64,000 nucleotides of DNA from Penicillus capitatus (taxonomy: Eukaryota > Plantae > Chlorophyta): contig OZ287706.1 in the NCBI GenBank assembly GCA_965649825.1, positions 310,001 to 374,000 of the forward strand. Reading direction: 5' to 3'. The notes below the pieces were generated by a model, which made no database searches, was not told the DNA's origin, and saw nothing but the letters and a program-made list of their open reading frames with translations. Made by a program: the position numbers and the translations under genes. Positions 25,486-36,810 of the stretch are shown piece by piece. How positions within the stretch are numbered: the stretch's first letter is position 1; each line of letters begins with the position of its first letter.

Positions 25486-28400
25486 GATGAATATGAAGGA
25501 GGCGCGGAAGGGTTTACTTTAAACACGCTTCGATAGAATCGACGCAGCGCTTTGGTTCTGTGTCGCCCATAATGCGACCTCGGTTTTGACGGTGCGTAGT
25601 CATCCGACGACATTTGCTGCCGACTTCAGTTCGCTTTCTTTTTTTCCACAGGCTCGAAGTCCTCCCACCCAGTAGACATCCACAATCGCTCTTTTCCGAC
25701 AATCCGACTGTTGTGCGTGCGTATGTGCGTGCGTGCGTGCGAGCAAGCTGCGCGAGTGAGGAACGCAGAGGAAGTTAATTGGACACGATTCGCACAAAAC
25801 GACGAAATCGACGGTCTCCGAGAAACAAAAACACCGAATCTAGAGAATAATCAAAGGCATAACGCGCTACGGTGAGATGATGGTTGTACGTCATGAGATA
25901 GACAGATTTGCGATGTACACGATGGACCAATCGTTCAGTGAAACGCCCATCTGCTGACAGAATTCTCCCAGCGCATTTTTGCTGCCCCAGAACAGAACAT
26001 GGCATTTCGTGTTGAGGTTGAAGCCATCGGACAGAAGGGAGAACTATTTCTTGGACGGATTCTTGGGTCAGCATGTGCCTTCTATACACATACAAGAGAT
26101 GAACGACCCACGTGTTGCTGTTGTCTTGGCAGGAGACGAACGGAATGGCAGTCCGTTGAAAGATGACAGTCGGAAAGGAGAGAAACAACGTCGATGAAGA
26201 ACATGTGTGTCATGATCGAGATGGGGGTATGGACGGCCAGCCAACTTCACCGTTTCTCTCTTAGGCCAGGGACACGGATCTTCAGCCTGAAGGCAGACAA
26301 GAGGTCTTGGATGCTCTTAAGTAGGCGAAGCATCTGTGGATGCATGTCAACGTCACCGTTCTCTGGTTGTGGAGATCTTGGATACGTATTCTAAGAACGC
26401 TAGCGGCGCGTTACCTCTGCCCGTCGTCTGACGGACGTAAACGGAGAGTGTAATCTCTTAGTTCGAGCGACGGACGGGTGATCATGCGGTTTCCCCTAGT
26501 GGCGTATAACGTAGGAATCTTCAGTTTCGGTTTTGCGAACGAGCTTATCTGCGTATCGAGGTTTCAGTTGTTTTCCGTAAATCGTAGCTGCTTCTTTTGC
26601 ATGATCTTAGGATGGGCTTTGCGGTCGAGTCGCCGACAAAGTGCATCTCAGCGGATGATGATCTGTTCAACCGTGTCTTGATCAGCAACACCTTGGACCT
26701 TTTCATTGAACAGGATTTTTCTAAATGTACAGCCGTTTGAACGAAGAAGTCCGTTATTTCAGCGTTGTTCGCGAATGTAGTTTTTCCGCAACAAGCTACA
26801 CGAAGAATTCGTCGAGATTGCGTCAAAGCAACTGTTGACCATGGTCTGAATACTGTGAACGCTGCTACTACCATCAAGTCTCGCTTATCATGCCTCATGT
26901 CGTGTTTACCTCATGCATGCCAAACTTCGTGCGGCCGCCACAGTCGGTTAGTTATCTTTTCAACGCGGAACGCTACGCACAAGAAAAGAAAAGAAACGGA
27001 TTGTGTCGGTCGCGTCTAGCCGATTGAGGACAAATAATGGACAACAAGTTTTTTTCGCAAGTATGGAAGAGCCTCAAAGACGGAATATTACGTGAGACGA
27101 CTGGCGTTTTCATAGTCAAAGAAGGTCATTCTTTGTATTGGCCCAACATCTTTCGTTTCTTTGCCGGGAGGAAGAGAGTATTCAAGGAACTTGTCAACGC
27201 TTAAAATCGACGAGCACGTCCGTAATCTTTATGGCAATCGTTGGCCGCTGGGGTTGCATCGTAAAATACGTTTCAGAGGAAAGGCGTTCGAGTGTTTAGT
27301 CTCAAGACAAGGGGAGAGCATAAAAGCGATCCTTAAGAAAGTACTCGATTCCATAGAGAGCCTCTCTGACACTTTCGTTCAAAAAGAAGAAGCCATATCG
27401 CGATTCTCATGCTACAAGCCCTACCTCTTTCAGAAGTTCTTAGCATCGACGCGATTTCGATGAATAATGTTAGTCCTATTTAGCCCTCTTCGTATTGAAT
27501 CCCTAGACGGCGAGAAGGCTTTTAATTTAGCATCAACGATCATCAAATAGTCTATCGGTTAAGGCACAGAATTCGCGCGAAGTTGCTGATCGACTCTTAA
27601 ACGATGAACAATGCAACACAACTGCGGACGCTACAATCTGCTGCGTATAAACTGAAAATTCTCACGAAGCTGAGCATTGTACTCTTATTGTTGTGTCCAA
27701 GCGATATCAATTGGATTATCTCATGGAATGATCGTTCTGCCATGCCTTGGTAACGCATCCCCATCACAATTCTTTGTGCTTTCTCTACAACCTTTTCAGC
27801 GAAGTAATTGCGACAGCGACCACTAAAGAGTATTCTTTGGCGATATCAGCTGATCGATTTAAGAATACATTCATGTTAGAATCCAAACGAGTAATGAATG
27901 AGTCCTGTAGAATCATTAGAATCGCACTAGTCATTGTTATTCAGATTGCGGAGCAAAGGATCGCCCATGTTTATCTTTAAGGAAATTTGAGTGTACGATA
28001 ATGCAGTTGCAATAGTGAGTCAAGTAGGAGAAAGAGCGTTGATTCAAGTAAACCTAGTGCTTAGACGTGAAGCTTTGTTGCACAGGTCATTCTTGGGATG
28101 GCTACTAAACGTAGATATAGGGTGAATCTCCCGTCATGAACTTAAAATCTTGTACACTTCTCGCCAGGGTGACAGCTACAGAGGCATCATTAACACCACC
28201 ATTAACACCCGTTTTTGAGCTTCTTATGCCGTCACCTGAGGAAGTGAAAAAAGTAATCGTTTCTACACCACAGGTGGCTGTTGTTATCAGCGAAATCACT
28301 CGAAGAATCAGCACGTTCTTCTCGCGAATCGGACGCATTTTCGCTTGACCTCTGTTTCGGGATGGATGGTCTTAAAAGGCGCCAGCTGCAAAAAGGATAC

Positions 28401-29316
28401 AGCAGGCGTTTGAATCCGACGAGCTCTTCGCCTCGCAGATGAGGCAGATCGACTGTAACGTACGCTTCCAGCTAATGGCAATCTGAATTGACTAACGATT
28501 ACTCCGTCCATGTTCTGCCCCAGAGAATCGCTCGCCGAGCGTGAATGAAGTTCGTTAGTTGAGAAGAGTGGCGTAAATGGGGAAAGAGAAAGAAACAAAA
28601 CGCCGTCCAAGCGACGCTGCCGGCAGATTTCTTTTCGCCTTCGGTCGAGAGAACCGTTCGTTACTAAGACGAAGCTGCAGCTATGAAGACTTATGCCAAG
28701 CATACGGACATCGCACAGACCAACGCGCCTTCCCCAGTTCCACAAGATATCAATTCGCGCGGAGAAGATGCAACGACAGTGGATGAAGCAATCGTATGGC
28801 CACGTTGTCTTGTCCGTTGCCGAAGTCCTGCACAACGCAACGAAGACCGATTCCGTTTCTTAAGGCGAGCGAAGTCTTGAAACCTCGCGCGATAACGATC
28901 GCTTGTGATCCACGCGTTGCTTGCCAATGGTACGGCAAGGGATTCATAATCCGACGATGCGAATGGACTAGGAAAGCAATACAGCGTGAATTTCTCTTGT
29001 TCGGAAAGAGAAGACAAGAGGCCGCGCACGTCCAGGCAGCTCGCTAGTAAGCAGCTTAGAAAGGTATGCGTATGGTTGTATTGCGACTGGCGAGGTGATA
29101 GCTTCGTGTCAGATAACTGGCGCAGTGAACTCGTGGTGCATAACGCGACCAAAGGGCGGCTTCTCGCTGACCCTTCTGGATCAAGAGCATGACGCGATGC
29201 AGCGCGTCTATGAAAAACTGAGAACAACGAAAAGAACTGCGAACTTCGGCGGACAATTGTTGGATAGAAGCTTCGTCTACAGCTGTTGGGACTTCAACTC
29301 AGCAGGCGAGGAAGCA

Positions 29317-29323
29317 TATAAAA
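29317..29323 (+). promoter_or_regulatory. TATA box of secreted-family paralogue A
   Basis: TATAAAA about 128 bp upstream of ATG 29445, matching the position in the other paralogues. Confidence 0.6.
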
Positions 29324-29444
29324 GCCAGGCAACTGTATAACTCGAGACGACGCCTAAGGCGAAGAAGAAATCCAAGGTTGTTTGCTCTTCTTTGACGTTT
29401 GAACCGCCATCCTTTCCCCGAACACCTTATACCGGGATCCCCTT

Positions 29445-30326
29445 ATGGCTTTTAAAGAGGCTGTCATTTTGCTATGTCTCTTCTTTATCACGCACGGATC
29501 TGCAGTAAGCAATGTTCATTAAACTAGACTGCCGTATGCTCGGTGCTTCATGTAGTCGGAAGAACTGCACCACCAAACGCGAGAATTGAGGCAGATTGAC
29601 ATCGCATGCATTCTCAACAATCCTAGCAGTGCCGTTGCTGTGGTGAGCGCTACTGTCCAGGCCTTCAGTGGCGAAGTCAGTGCCCACATTGAAGCCTCTT
29701 CATCGGCTGTGCAAGAAGCCACGGACGCCATCATCGAGATTACTGCAGAAGCCATCGCCAACGCCACATCGGGAGGAGACGCCATTGCCATCGCAGATGC
29801 GGCGGGAATGGCCGTTGGAAGAGCTGTGGCAGAAGCGTACGCCAGCTCTGTCGGCGTCCTTACATCGAATGGCGCAAACAACGAGGCCTGCGTTGAAGGA
29901 TTCGCTTCCGCCACAGCGACGGCCACTGCCTTCGCTCGCGGATTCATTGAAGTACAGTGCTTGTTAAGCGGCGTCTCTTTGTGAACCTCGACGCTTCAGG
30001 TGCTTGCCCAAGCAACGAACGTAATTTCATTTGCAAGTGCCAGCGGCGCAGCTGACGCTATCGCCGTGGCGACAGCCAGCGCATTCGCTGAAGTCGAAGT
30101 ATCTGCCTGTGGCTCCGGAATTTTTGATATCACCGTCCAAGCGGACATCCTCGCCACGGCCATTGCCGAACCCTTCATCGAAGTCTTCGGCGTCGCGCTT
30201 GCCATCGTCTCTGGAACGACCGCTTTCGGCGAAATCCTCGTCGAAGCATCGGCCGGTGCCGTTTTGGTCAGCGTCATAGAGGGAAGCGCAGAGGCCAGCG
30301 TAGACGGAGGAGGTACGACTGCATGA
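29445..30326 (+). CDS. Secreted Ala/Ser-rich family, paralogue A (exons 29445-29504, 29556-29951, 30000-30326; about 260 aa)
   Basis: Signal peptide MAFKEAVILLCLFFITHGSA, phase-0 intron, RELRQ motif, AVAEAYA helix, EACVEG, SATATATA, FIE|VLAQA junction, SACGSG. Confidence 0.85.
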
Positions 30327-31630
30327 GGACCTCAAACTCTTTGATGTTGAGTTTCAGGAACGGGCAGTACATCGGCAGTTGCGGGCACATGCACGACGCA
30401 ACAAGATCCATGCCCACTCATCAGGTTCATCGCGTGCTGTTCTGCCAGAGATGTGGACTGCGCCTGCGGCATCGAGTGGGTTACTTTGTTATCCCCGGCG
30501 TCGGTTGAGAAGTCTTTTGCTGTCTAGTTGTTCGGCGACATTGGAAGATTTTGGTAATACCGATATCGTCGCTTATAGAATTACGGAGAACGGCGTCACC
30601 TCCCCTCCATTTCCTCCTCCAGTTGGAGATGTCTGCTTCTGTCCTTAGAGCGTGACCTCACACAGACATCATCTCTTTCGTTTTCTACTGTTTTTAATTG
30701 CCCCACATGAGGGCCGAGATTCTGCTGTGGCAGACGCCACGGCATTTGTTTTTTATTTTTCTCCGAGCCATGTAAAACACAGTGGGATCTATTTCGTTTC
30801 TAAGTCATGCTGAAGCTCTGATGCATACGATCGATCTTAAGGCATGTTTTTATTTGTGAAATCTGGTATCCAACAAAACCAACTTTTATCTCACATCATC
30901 CCGCTCTCTGACTCGCGGATCTTGCAGATCGACAGAAAGTAAGAGTGAGAATACTAGGCCGAACGATTAGCGCTCCAAGAGCCTACCAGGTTTAAAGAAT
31001 CTGAGATCGTGTGACAGAGGCAGGAAAGGGCATCACTGGCTTGGACCTTCTCGATATCATCGACAGTTTGATGATAGTGGTTGGACATGATCAGATGAAG
31101 TTACAGACCCCAAACCGCGAAAGAGTTGTCTACTGATCATAATAACTTTGCTTCAACGTATACCTCCCGCTTTCTCTCTTTCGCTTTGTGCATCGTTCTA
31201 TCTGGATCCACAATTGAAGGATGGAAGGAGAACGGTGTTTTCACGGTCGACCAGATATCGAGAGTGCAAACGACGACTCCTGTTGCACAAAATACCACTG
31301 TACCAGAAAAGCAGCAGCCTTTTTTGAAGAGACAGTAGTTCCTAGCCCGAAGTGTGACGTATAGATCCTTCAGTCTTTATTCAAAAAATTCATGTTGATA
31401 TGAAGCACGATGCATTGCTGACAGTCAAGTGGACAGTAGATCGTTATGATATACCGCCTGACTTGATACGACGTCTGTCAAAGGTTACGCCATCAGCCTT
31501 GAAAATCTAGTCGATACAGAATCTGATGTCAACACTTCAGCTGCATACAAACAGACGTATGGTCTGTGCAGAGCAGATCCATCTTTGGGAGGCCATCTGA
31601 ACGACGAGAGTCCTGTTTTTCTGTCTTCGA

Positions 31631-32308
31631 TCAATCTGCATCCGCTATGGAATGCAGGCGTTCCTTCAGCAGTTCAGCACATTCCTCTTTGCATTTGGCA
31701 ATTTCGATCAAAGCCGTCTGCCGGAGCTGAATGCCTCTCTCCAGAAACTGATGCAGAGATCCAATTGCCTAGATACGAATCTCCCTTGCTGTCCGCTAGG
31801 TGCGAAGCATCCATCTGGATAGACCTGATAGGGCCGCATAAGGTTGACCAGTTGTATCATGTTACGGATCAATACTCCAACGCGTTCCGTCAACCGTGCG
31901 TATCTCTCTGGATGCTGTACAACCGTCTTCGCTAACTCGGCATACGTCTCCAAGACTTCGGCATGGAGTCTGTGAAGATCTCCCTTGAAATCTATGGAAC
32001 AGAATTGAGAATGAGAGGCGAGGCTGTTACGTTTCTCACCTGGCCGATCTTCATCGAACAAGTGCTGGACAGTGAGTTTTGGAATTCCCGGTTGTCCCTG
32101 TTGAGCGAGGTGGACTGCTCGATTTCTCCATCAGCAACAGTCAAACCTCTTGTAGCTCGCCGAAAATGACGTGTTGTCCTTGAATGGGCTCTGGCGGATC
32201 TAGTGGTAGCTGCGCTGCTTCCTGTTCTGAAGATTTTTCTTCGGATTCATTCCGTGCAAACAAGATGGAGTACGCAGGGGGCGGAGGAAAGATTGGTACC
32301 GATTCCAT
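31631..32308 (-). CDS. MED7: Mediator complex subunit 7, multi-exon
   Basis: FPPPPAYSILF, DPPEPIQGQHVIFG, IDFKGDLHRLHAEVLETYAELAKTVVQHPERYAR...IRNMIQLVNLMRPYQ-A match the MED7 consensus. Confidence 0.9.
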
Positions 32309-33045
32309 GTCTGACAGATGATTGATGCGACAGCAGGAAGGCGTTGATATCATCTGTTCGCTTGGTGAATGCAGTCTTTTCTGTGGGCGAAGGTAACGTT
32401 TTTCCTGTCCCTTTCTTGAGCACTCGTTCGTCGGACTATATGTTCTTAGAGGCAGTTAAGATGCGCACCTCATCTATCTGCGAAGGACCGAACCCCTTTC
32501 ATTACTTTAACAAGTTTGCATTTCGCCGAACACGCAATCGGTCAATTTTCTCGTGGCCTGTTGTTTCCGTTGGACGGTGCAGTTGAGTTGCAGATGCCAG
32601 GGAGATCGACGCATTCAAGAGAGAAGGATTTCGAGAGGATCTTTACAGACACTTTAAGTCTTTAAAAAACAAGTTAAAGCAACACAACAGATGACTCATG
32701 GCAACTGTAAGCATGACATTGGTTTGTAAAAGATAGTAATCGCATGAGTTCTCAGACACAACAAGGGTGTCGCTCGTCTGTTTTGTGTCATTCGTAATTT
32801 ATAAAAAGAATAGGAAAAAGACAGGCAGTCTCGCGAGATACTAAAGAGGAAAGCGCGAGGCGCATTTGAGTTGAACAAAGAGCTGCCGACATAGTGGAAC
32901 AGTTCGAAATCACGTGAAACTTTTCAAGAAGAGCAACCTATCATACGGACTCATGCAGCAGCTTAAAAATAGGTTAAATTGGTCAATAATACAGCGTAAA
33001 AACAGCATATGTGGTCATGGTGACCAAAAAAAGGTCTGCCGAACC

Positions 33046-33337
33046 TGCAATTTCGTGAGATACGGTCGCGAAATACGGTCGCGTTTTGCTTCGGTTTTGG
33101 CCACCTAAAAGGGTCAAAGGAGAAGAGGACAAAAGTTTTTGTCCGGGTGGTGACTCCATCGTCGGCCCCCGAACTGGCTCGACGTCGTCCTTTCCCTGCC
33201 GTAACCCATCCAACTCGGCGCGGGCTCGCCAGACACATCCGGGTCAACTCTGATGGGACTACCCTCCTCTGTGTCCGGCGCAGGAATCGAACCCCCGCGG
33301 TCGTACTTCTCGAACTGGCCAACTGCACCATCCGCAT
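33046..33337 (-). mobile_element. tRNA-derived SINE-like element
   Basis: Minus-strand head has a Pol III A-box-like TGGTGCAGTTGG (33330-33319) and B-box GGTTCGATTCC (33293-33283). Its 3' body is repeated at 1-145. No TSD found and the head does not fold as an intact tRNA. Confidence 0.5.
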
Positions 33338-33646
33338 TCGGGTCGATCCCCACAGTCGAGAACGCGCCGACTTCAACATATGCCCACCGTATTCGCCGTA
33401 TCCGCGTCGTCCGTTCAAGACGACTACCGGCTATCGTGACGACTTCGCCGACGACTCCTTGACGACTTTGTCAGCCGTCCACAGTTCCGATTCTTCCGAC
33501 GCTTTTGACTGCGCGTCTGCGACACCTCTTGACGATTCTTCGAAACCGAGTTCTGCCTACGTCAGTTTCGAACGACGATTACTCGCGACTTCTTGCAAGC
33601 CTTGCATAACCGAGGCAAAACAATTGCTGTTTTGGAGTAATCTTTG

Positions 33647-33893
33647 TGTCGCCAAGATCTGGCTTAGCGATGTGACTGCCTCGTTTCTGAGGAGTTCACC
33701 GCTTGGGGGGACGCAGGTTGACTCACCTGAGGCGCTATCCTCTGGTTCTCGCGCGAGGGTGACTCACCTGCTTAGGCATGTCACGTCGCCACTGGAGTAT
33801 TTAATGAACAATTCGCACCATGTTTTGCCCTTGCTCTGTAAACAAAAAAAGTCTTCCGCTGTTGATATTTTCTGTCCGACCCGACCAGCGACA
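33647..33893 (+). repeat. 5' LTR (247 bp) of the gag-only element
   Basis: Starts TGTCGC, ends GCGACA; identical to 35084-35329 except one G in a G-run; internal TATTTAA. Confidence 0.93.
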
Positions 33894-33895
33894 AG

Positions 33896-33907
33896 TGGTT
33901 TCGGAGC
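33896..33907 (+). promoter_or_regulatory. Primer-binding site TGGTTTCGGAGC (tRNA-iMet-like)
   Basis: Lies 2 nt (AG) after the 5' LTR, begins TGG, and differs at two positions from the common plant iMet PBS TGGTATCAGAGC. Confidence 0.8.
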
Positions 33908-34049
33908 GTCGGTGACGTTCCTTTGGTTGGAGCTCCGTCTGCGTGACGTTGCGCATTCGCTCTGTGCGTTGCGCCCTCCTTGGTGGAGGTTGAGTCCTGC
34001 CTAGACGAGGTCTAGACACGAGGAAGCTTCAAGGGACGACGGTCTAAGG

Positions 34050-35021
34050 ATGAGTCGAACACGAAGAGAATGGGGAGCGGAGCAGGGTCACTTAAAGGAG
34101 GGGTCTTTCTATGCCACCGCTATTGGGCCGAGTTTACTCAGAGAATTGGAGGAGGACGCGGGTCTGTACCCTGATGCCTTTTGGTTTGCCAAGGTGTGGA
34201 TACGGCCGGAAATCGTCGGTTCTTGGCACGGGGCGGATAAGTTTCTGATCGGTGAAAGGGACTTGAAAGCGTTTGTGAGGTACGTCTGTCCGAGACTCCA
34301 AGAGCGGCAAAGACTGCGCGAGGAGAATGAACGGTTGAGACGAGAGCTCCAAGATGAACGGCGACGAGCCAATGAAGCCGAAGAGGAAGCTAGGGTAGCC
34401 AACGAGGAATTAAACGGTTGGATGACCGGAAACAAGCGTCTGCTCGAGCACAACAGGAAGCTACAACAAGACATTTCTGAGGCACAAAGGGCTGCAAACG
34501 AGGCACGGGGGGAGGCCTCTTCTATACAACAGAAGCTTAGAAAGACAGAGACCGCCTTCACAGAGGCGAAAAGAAAGTTTATTTCGGCACCTGATTTGGT
34601 GCCATGCCTACAGTCGTTGGGGGCCGAGGTGAAGACGCTACAGACGAATGTAAAGACGGCAGCTGAGGCGATGATGACTAGACCAGTGGAAGGGCGGCGA
34701 AGTTCGAAAACGCTGCAGCAAATGAAGCGGGTGCTACACGACATCGGACGGTACCCGCAACGGCGCCGAAGAGCGAAAGCGACCGACGCGGCAGATGATG
34801 GCGGAGGTGCCATCAAGCGCGGTCGTTTGTGCTACATGTGCCGATGCAAGGGGCATCTGGCCAAGGATTGTCCGCAAGCGCGGACGGATACGGTTGCGTC
34901 AGCGGATCCGACGACATCGGATATGCATCAGAGAGCGGAGGGGTCGCAGGAAGCAAATGCAGAATCAGGATGGAGCGTTTTCTCAGTTTTCAGACGAACG
35001 TTCACCTCGGAAATCGACTGA
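34050..35021 (+). CDS. gag: Gag-like protein (coiled coil plus CCHC zinc knuckle), 323 aa, intronless
   Basis: Intact ORF between the LTRs with a heptad-rich middle and CYMCRCKGHLAKDC (CX2CX4HX4C). No protease, RT or integrase follows. Confidence 0.8.
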   Translation: MSRTRREWGAEQGHLKEGSFYATAIGPSLLRELEEDAGLYPDAFWFAKVWIRPEIVGSWHGADKFLIGERDLKAFVRYVCPRLQERQRLREENERLRRELQDERRRANEAEEEARVANEELNGWMTGNKRLLEHNRKLQQDISEAQRAANEARGEASSIQQKLRKTETAFTEAKRKFISAPDLVPCLQSLGAEVKTLQTNVKTAAEAMMTRPVEGRRSSKTLQQMKRVLHDIGRYPQRRRRAKATDAADDGGGAIKRGRLCYMCRCKGHLAKDCPQARTDTVASADPTTSDMHQRAEGSQEANAESGWSVFSVFRRTFTSEID

Positions 35022-35083
35022 TTTAATTGTGTTGTTTTGCGGGGTCTTTTTTGCTGTTTTTCGGAGTATGGCGGGAAGCGTGG

Positions 35084-35329
35084 TGTCGCCAAGATCTGGC
35101 TTAGCGATGTGACTGCCTCGTTTCTGAGGAGTTCACCGCTTGGGGGACGCAGGTTGACTCACCTGAGGCGCTATCCTCTGGTTCTCGCGCGAGGGTGACT
35201 CACCTGCTTAGGCATGTCACGTCGCCACTGGAGTATTTAATGAACAATTCGCACCATGTTTTGCCCTTGCTCTGTAAACAAAAAAAGTCTTCCGCTGTTG
35301 ATATTTTCTGTCCGACCCGACCAGCGACA
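35084..35329 (+). repeat. 3' LTR (246 bp) of the gag-only element
   Basis: Direct repeat of 33647-33893, preceded by a purine-rich tract GGAGTATGGCGGGAAGCGTGG. Confidence 0.93.
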
Positions 35330-35332
35330 AGT

Positions 35333-35896
35333 GCTCCGAAACCATGTCGCCTTCTGGCTGATTCAGAGGACCTTCGTAGCCGATTGGAAGGATTGGTTGG
35401 GCTTCGTTGTCTATGGATTGTTCCTGGGGGCCTGCCGAGGGGATGTCCGCTGGGTGAATGACTACTAAGTTAACGCTTCCGTCTTCGGAGCTTCGCCGAG
35501 TGTCGTAAACCCCAACGTTATGAACCACGCGTTCAGCACCCCTCTGAATAAGCTCTGAGTGTTCGCCTCGACGGAAGCGATTCAGAGACTCCTGGAACGT
35601 TGGATAGAGTGGCGCGTAAGGAACAGTCGCTCGTCGAACGTTATGATCGTCGTTGGCCAGAGTGACGAACACAAGGCTAAACGTAGACAACAAAAGGTGT
35701 TCCAAGGACAATGTCAAAGAGTCAGACAAATGGCGAATTCTAAGCCTTTTATTCGGTTCTGGTGATGTGACTTTCCTAGGTAGGTGAGTCATCCGAACGC
35801 CAGAGCCAAAGAAACGCGCCTCAGATGACTCAACCAGCGTCCCCCCACCGCATGGACCTCACGAAAACAAGACAATAGTCCCATCGCCGGGCGACA
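35333..35896 (-). mobile_element. Inverted LTR of a related family (35345-35896, 552 bp) with its own PBS (35333-35344)
   Basis: Minus strand reads TGTCGCCC...GGGGGGACGCTGGTTGAGTCATCTGAGGCGC...GATGACTCACCTACCTAGGAAAGTCACATCACC...GGCGACA, then TGGTTTCGGAGC. These blocks are homologous to the 247-bp LTR. Confidence 0.85.
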
Positions 35897-36810
35897 CTTT
35901 GCCTGACAATATGAAACTCTGCAAGTTTTTCTGTATTCGACATCCGACTTGGCTATGTAGCAAATTGCATTGTCAAGTCTAAGGAACTTACTCAATCGGA
36001 GTCCTACGGTTTTGCCACCACCGTGTGAGTCTGAGCTTGCTGCCTTTTCCATTCCGAGATGAGTGACAGGCCGTATTTGGAACATCATGACCGTCAGCGA
36101 CTATAGAGAGATGACAACTGTGGCGAGGCCGTAGTCATGCGATGTCATGACATTCCGTTTTGTCGAAGCATTTCAGGTAAATCAATAACCTTGGGATTCA
36201 AGAGAACGCGCTGGCCTCCACAACGCCCTCTTTTCTTGTAAACAGTTCGTCGTTCGCTGCAACGCTACTGCAGGACAAACTGCTCTTTCTTGATCAAGGA
36301 TGGAAAGAAGCCTTCTCGCGTGGCATTCGTGTACAGCGATCCTCTTCTGCTTAGGTCTTTTCCATTTTCTTTGCTCTTCTCATGATATGAGCTTTTTAGT
36401 TGCGATGCTTGATCATGTCTCATCTGCAGACGATTCACTAGTCAATTAGTTCAGGTTGCCAGGCAACCACTCTCTTCTCTGAGAGCAACATTCTGACAGG
36501 GTTGTCGCCTTTCCTAAGTTGTGACTTCAAAACTTCACAGCGTGCAGATAAGTCTCAGCGATGAATGCCAATTTCGGCGGCGGCGGTGGCGCGTAGACTC
36601 GAAATTCAAGCACAAACCACAGATAACAATAAACGAACGATTTTGCGTGTCCTAAATCGAACAATCTTTCAGGGGCCAATCAATAAATCAAGGCTAGGTG
36701 GTGAATCATTGATGAACGACGTTGCATACCCCGCTTCCATCATTGATGTAATCAAAAAGACTAAACAGCAGAAATTGTGGCATCATGATGATGATGATGT
36801 GTCGCATTCA

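Larger units (their letters stand above)
33647..35896. mobile_element. Composite LTR retroelement insertion: LTR-PBS-gag-LTR joined to an inverted PBS plus a related LTR, flanked by 5-bp TSD CTTTG
   Basis: Outer termini TGTCGC...GCGACA; CTTTG at 33642-33646 and at 35897-35901. Confidence 0.85.

Noticed and set aside
25860-29340. Small candidate genes at 25.9-26.4, 27.0-28.4 and 28.6-29.3 kb
   Set aside because: No consistent spliced model or motif; the last one overlaps the TATA box of paralogue A.
33046-33190. Repeat read as a Helitron 3' end or a solo LTR
   Set aside because: The hairpin is far from the terminus, there is no CTRR end, and no TG...CA pairing with a TSD was found; the Pol III boxes favour a SINE.
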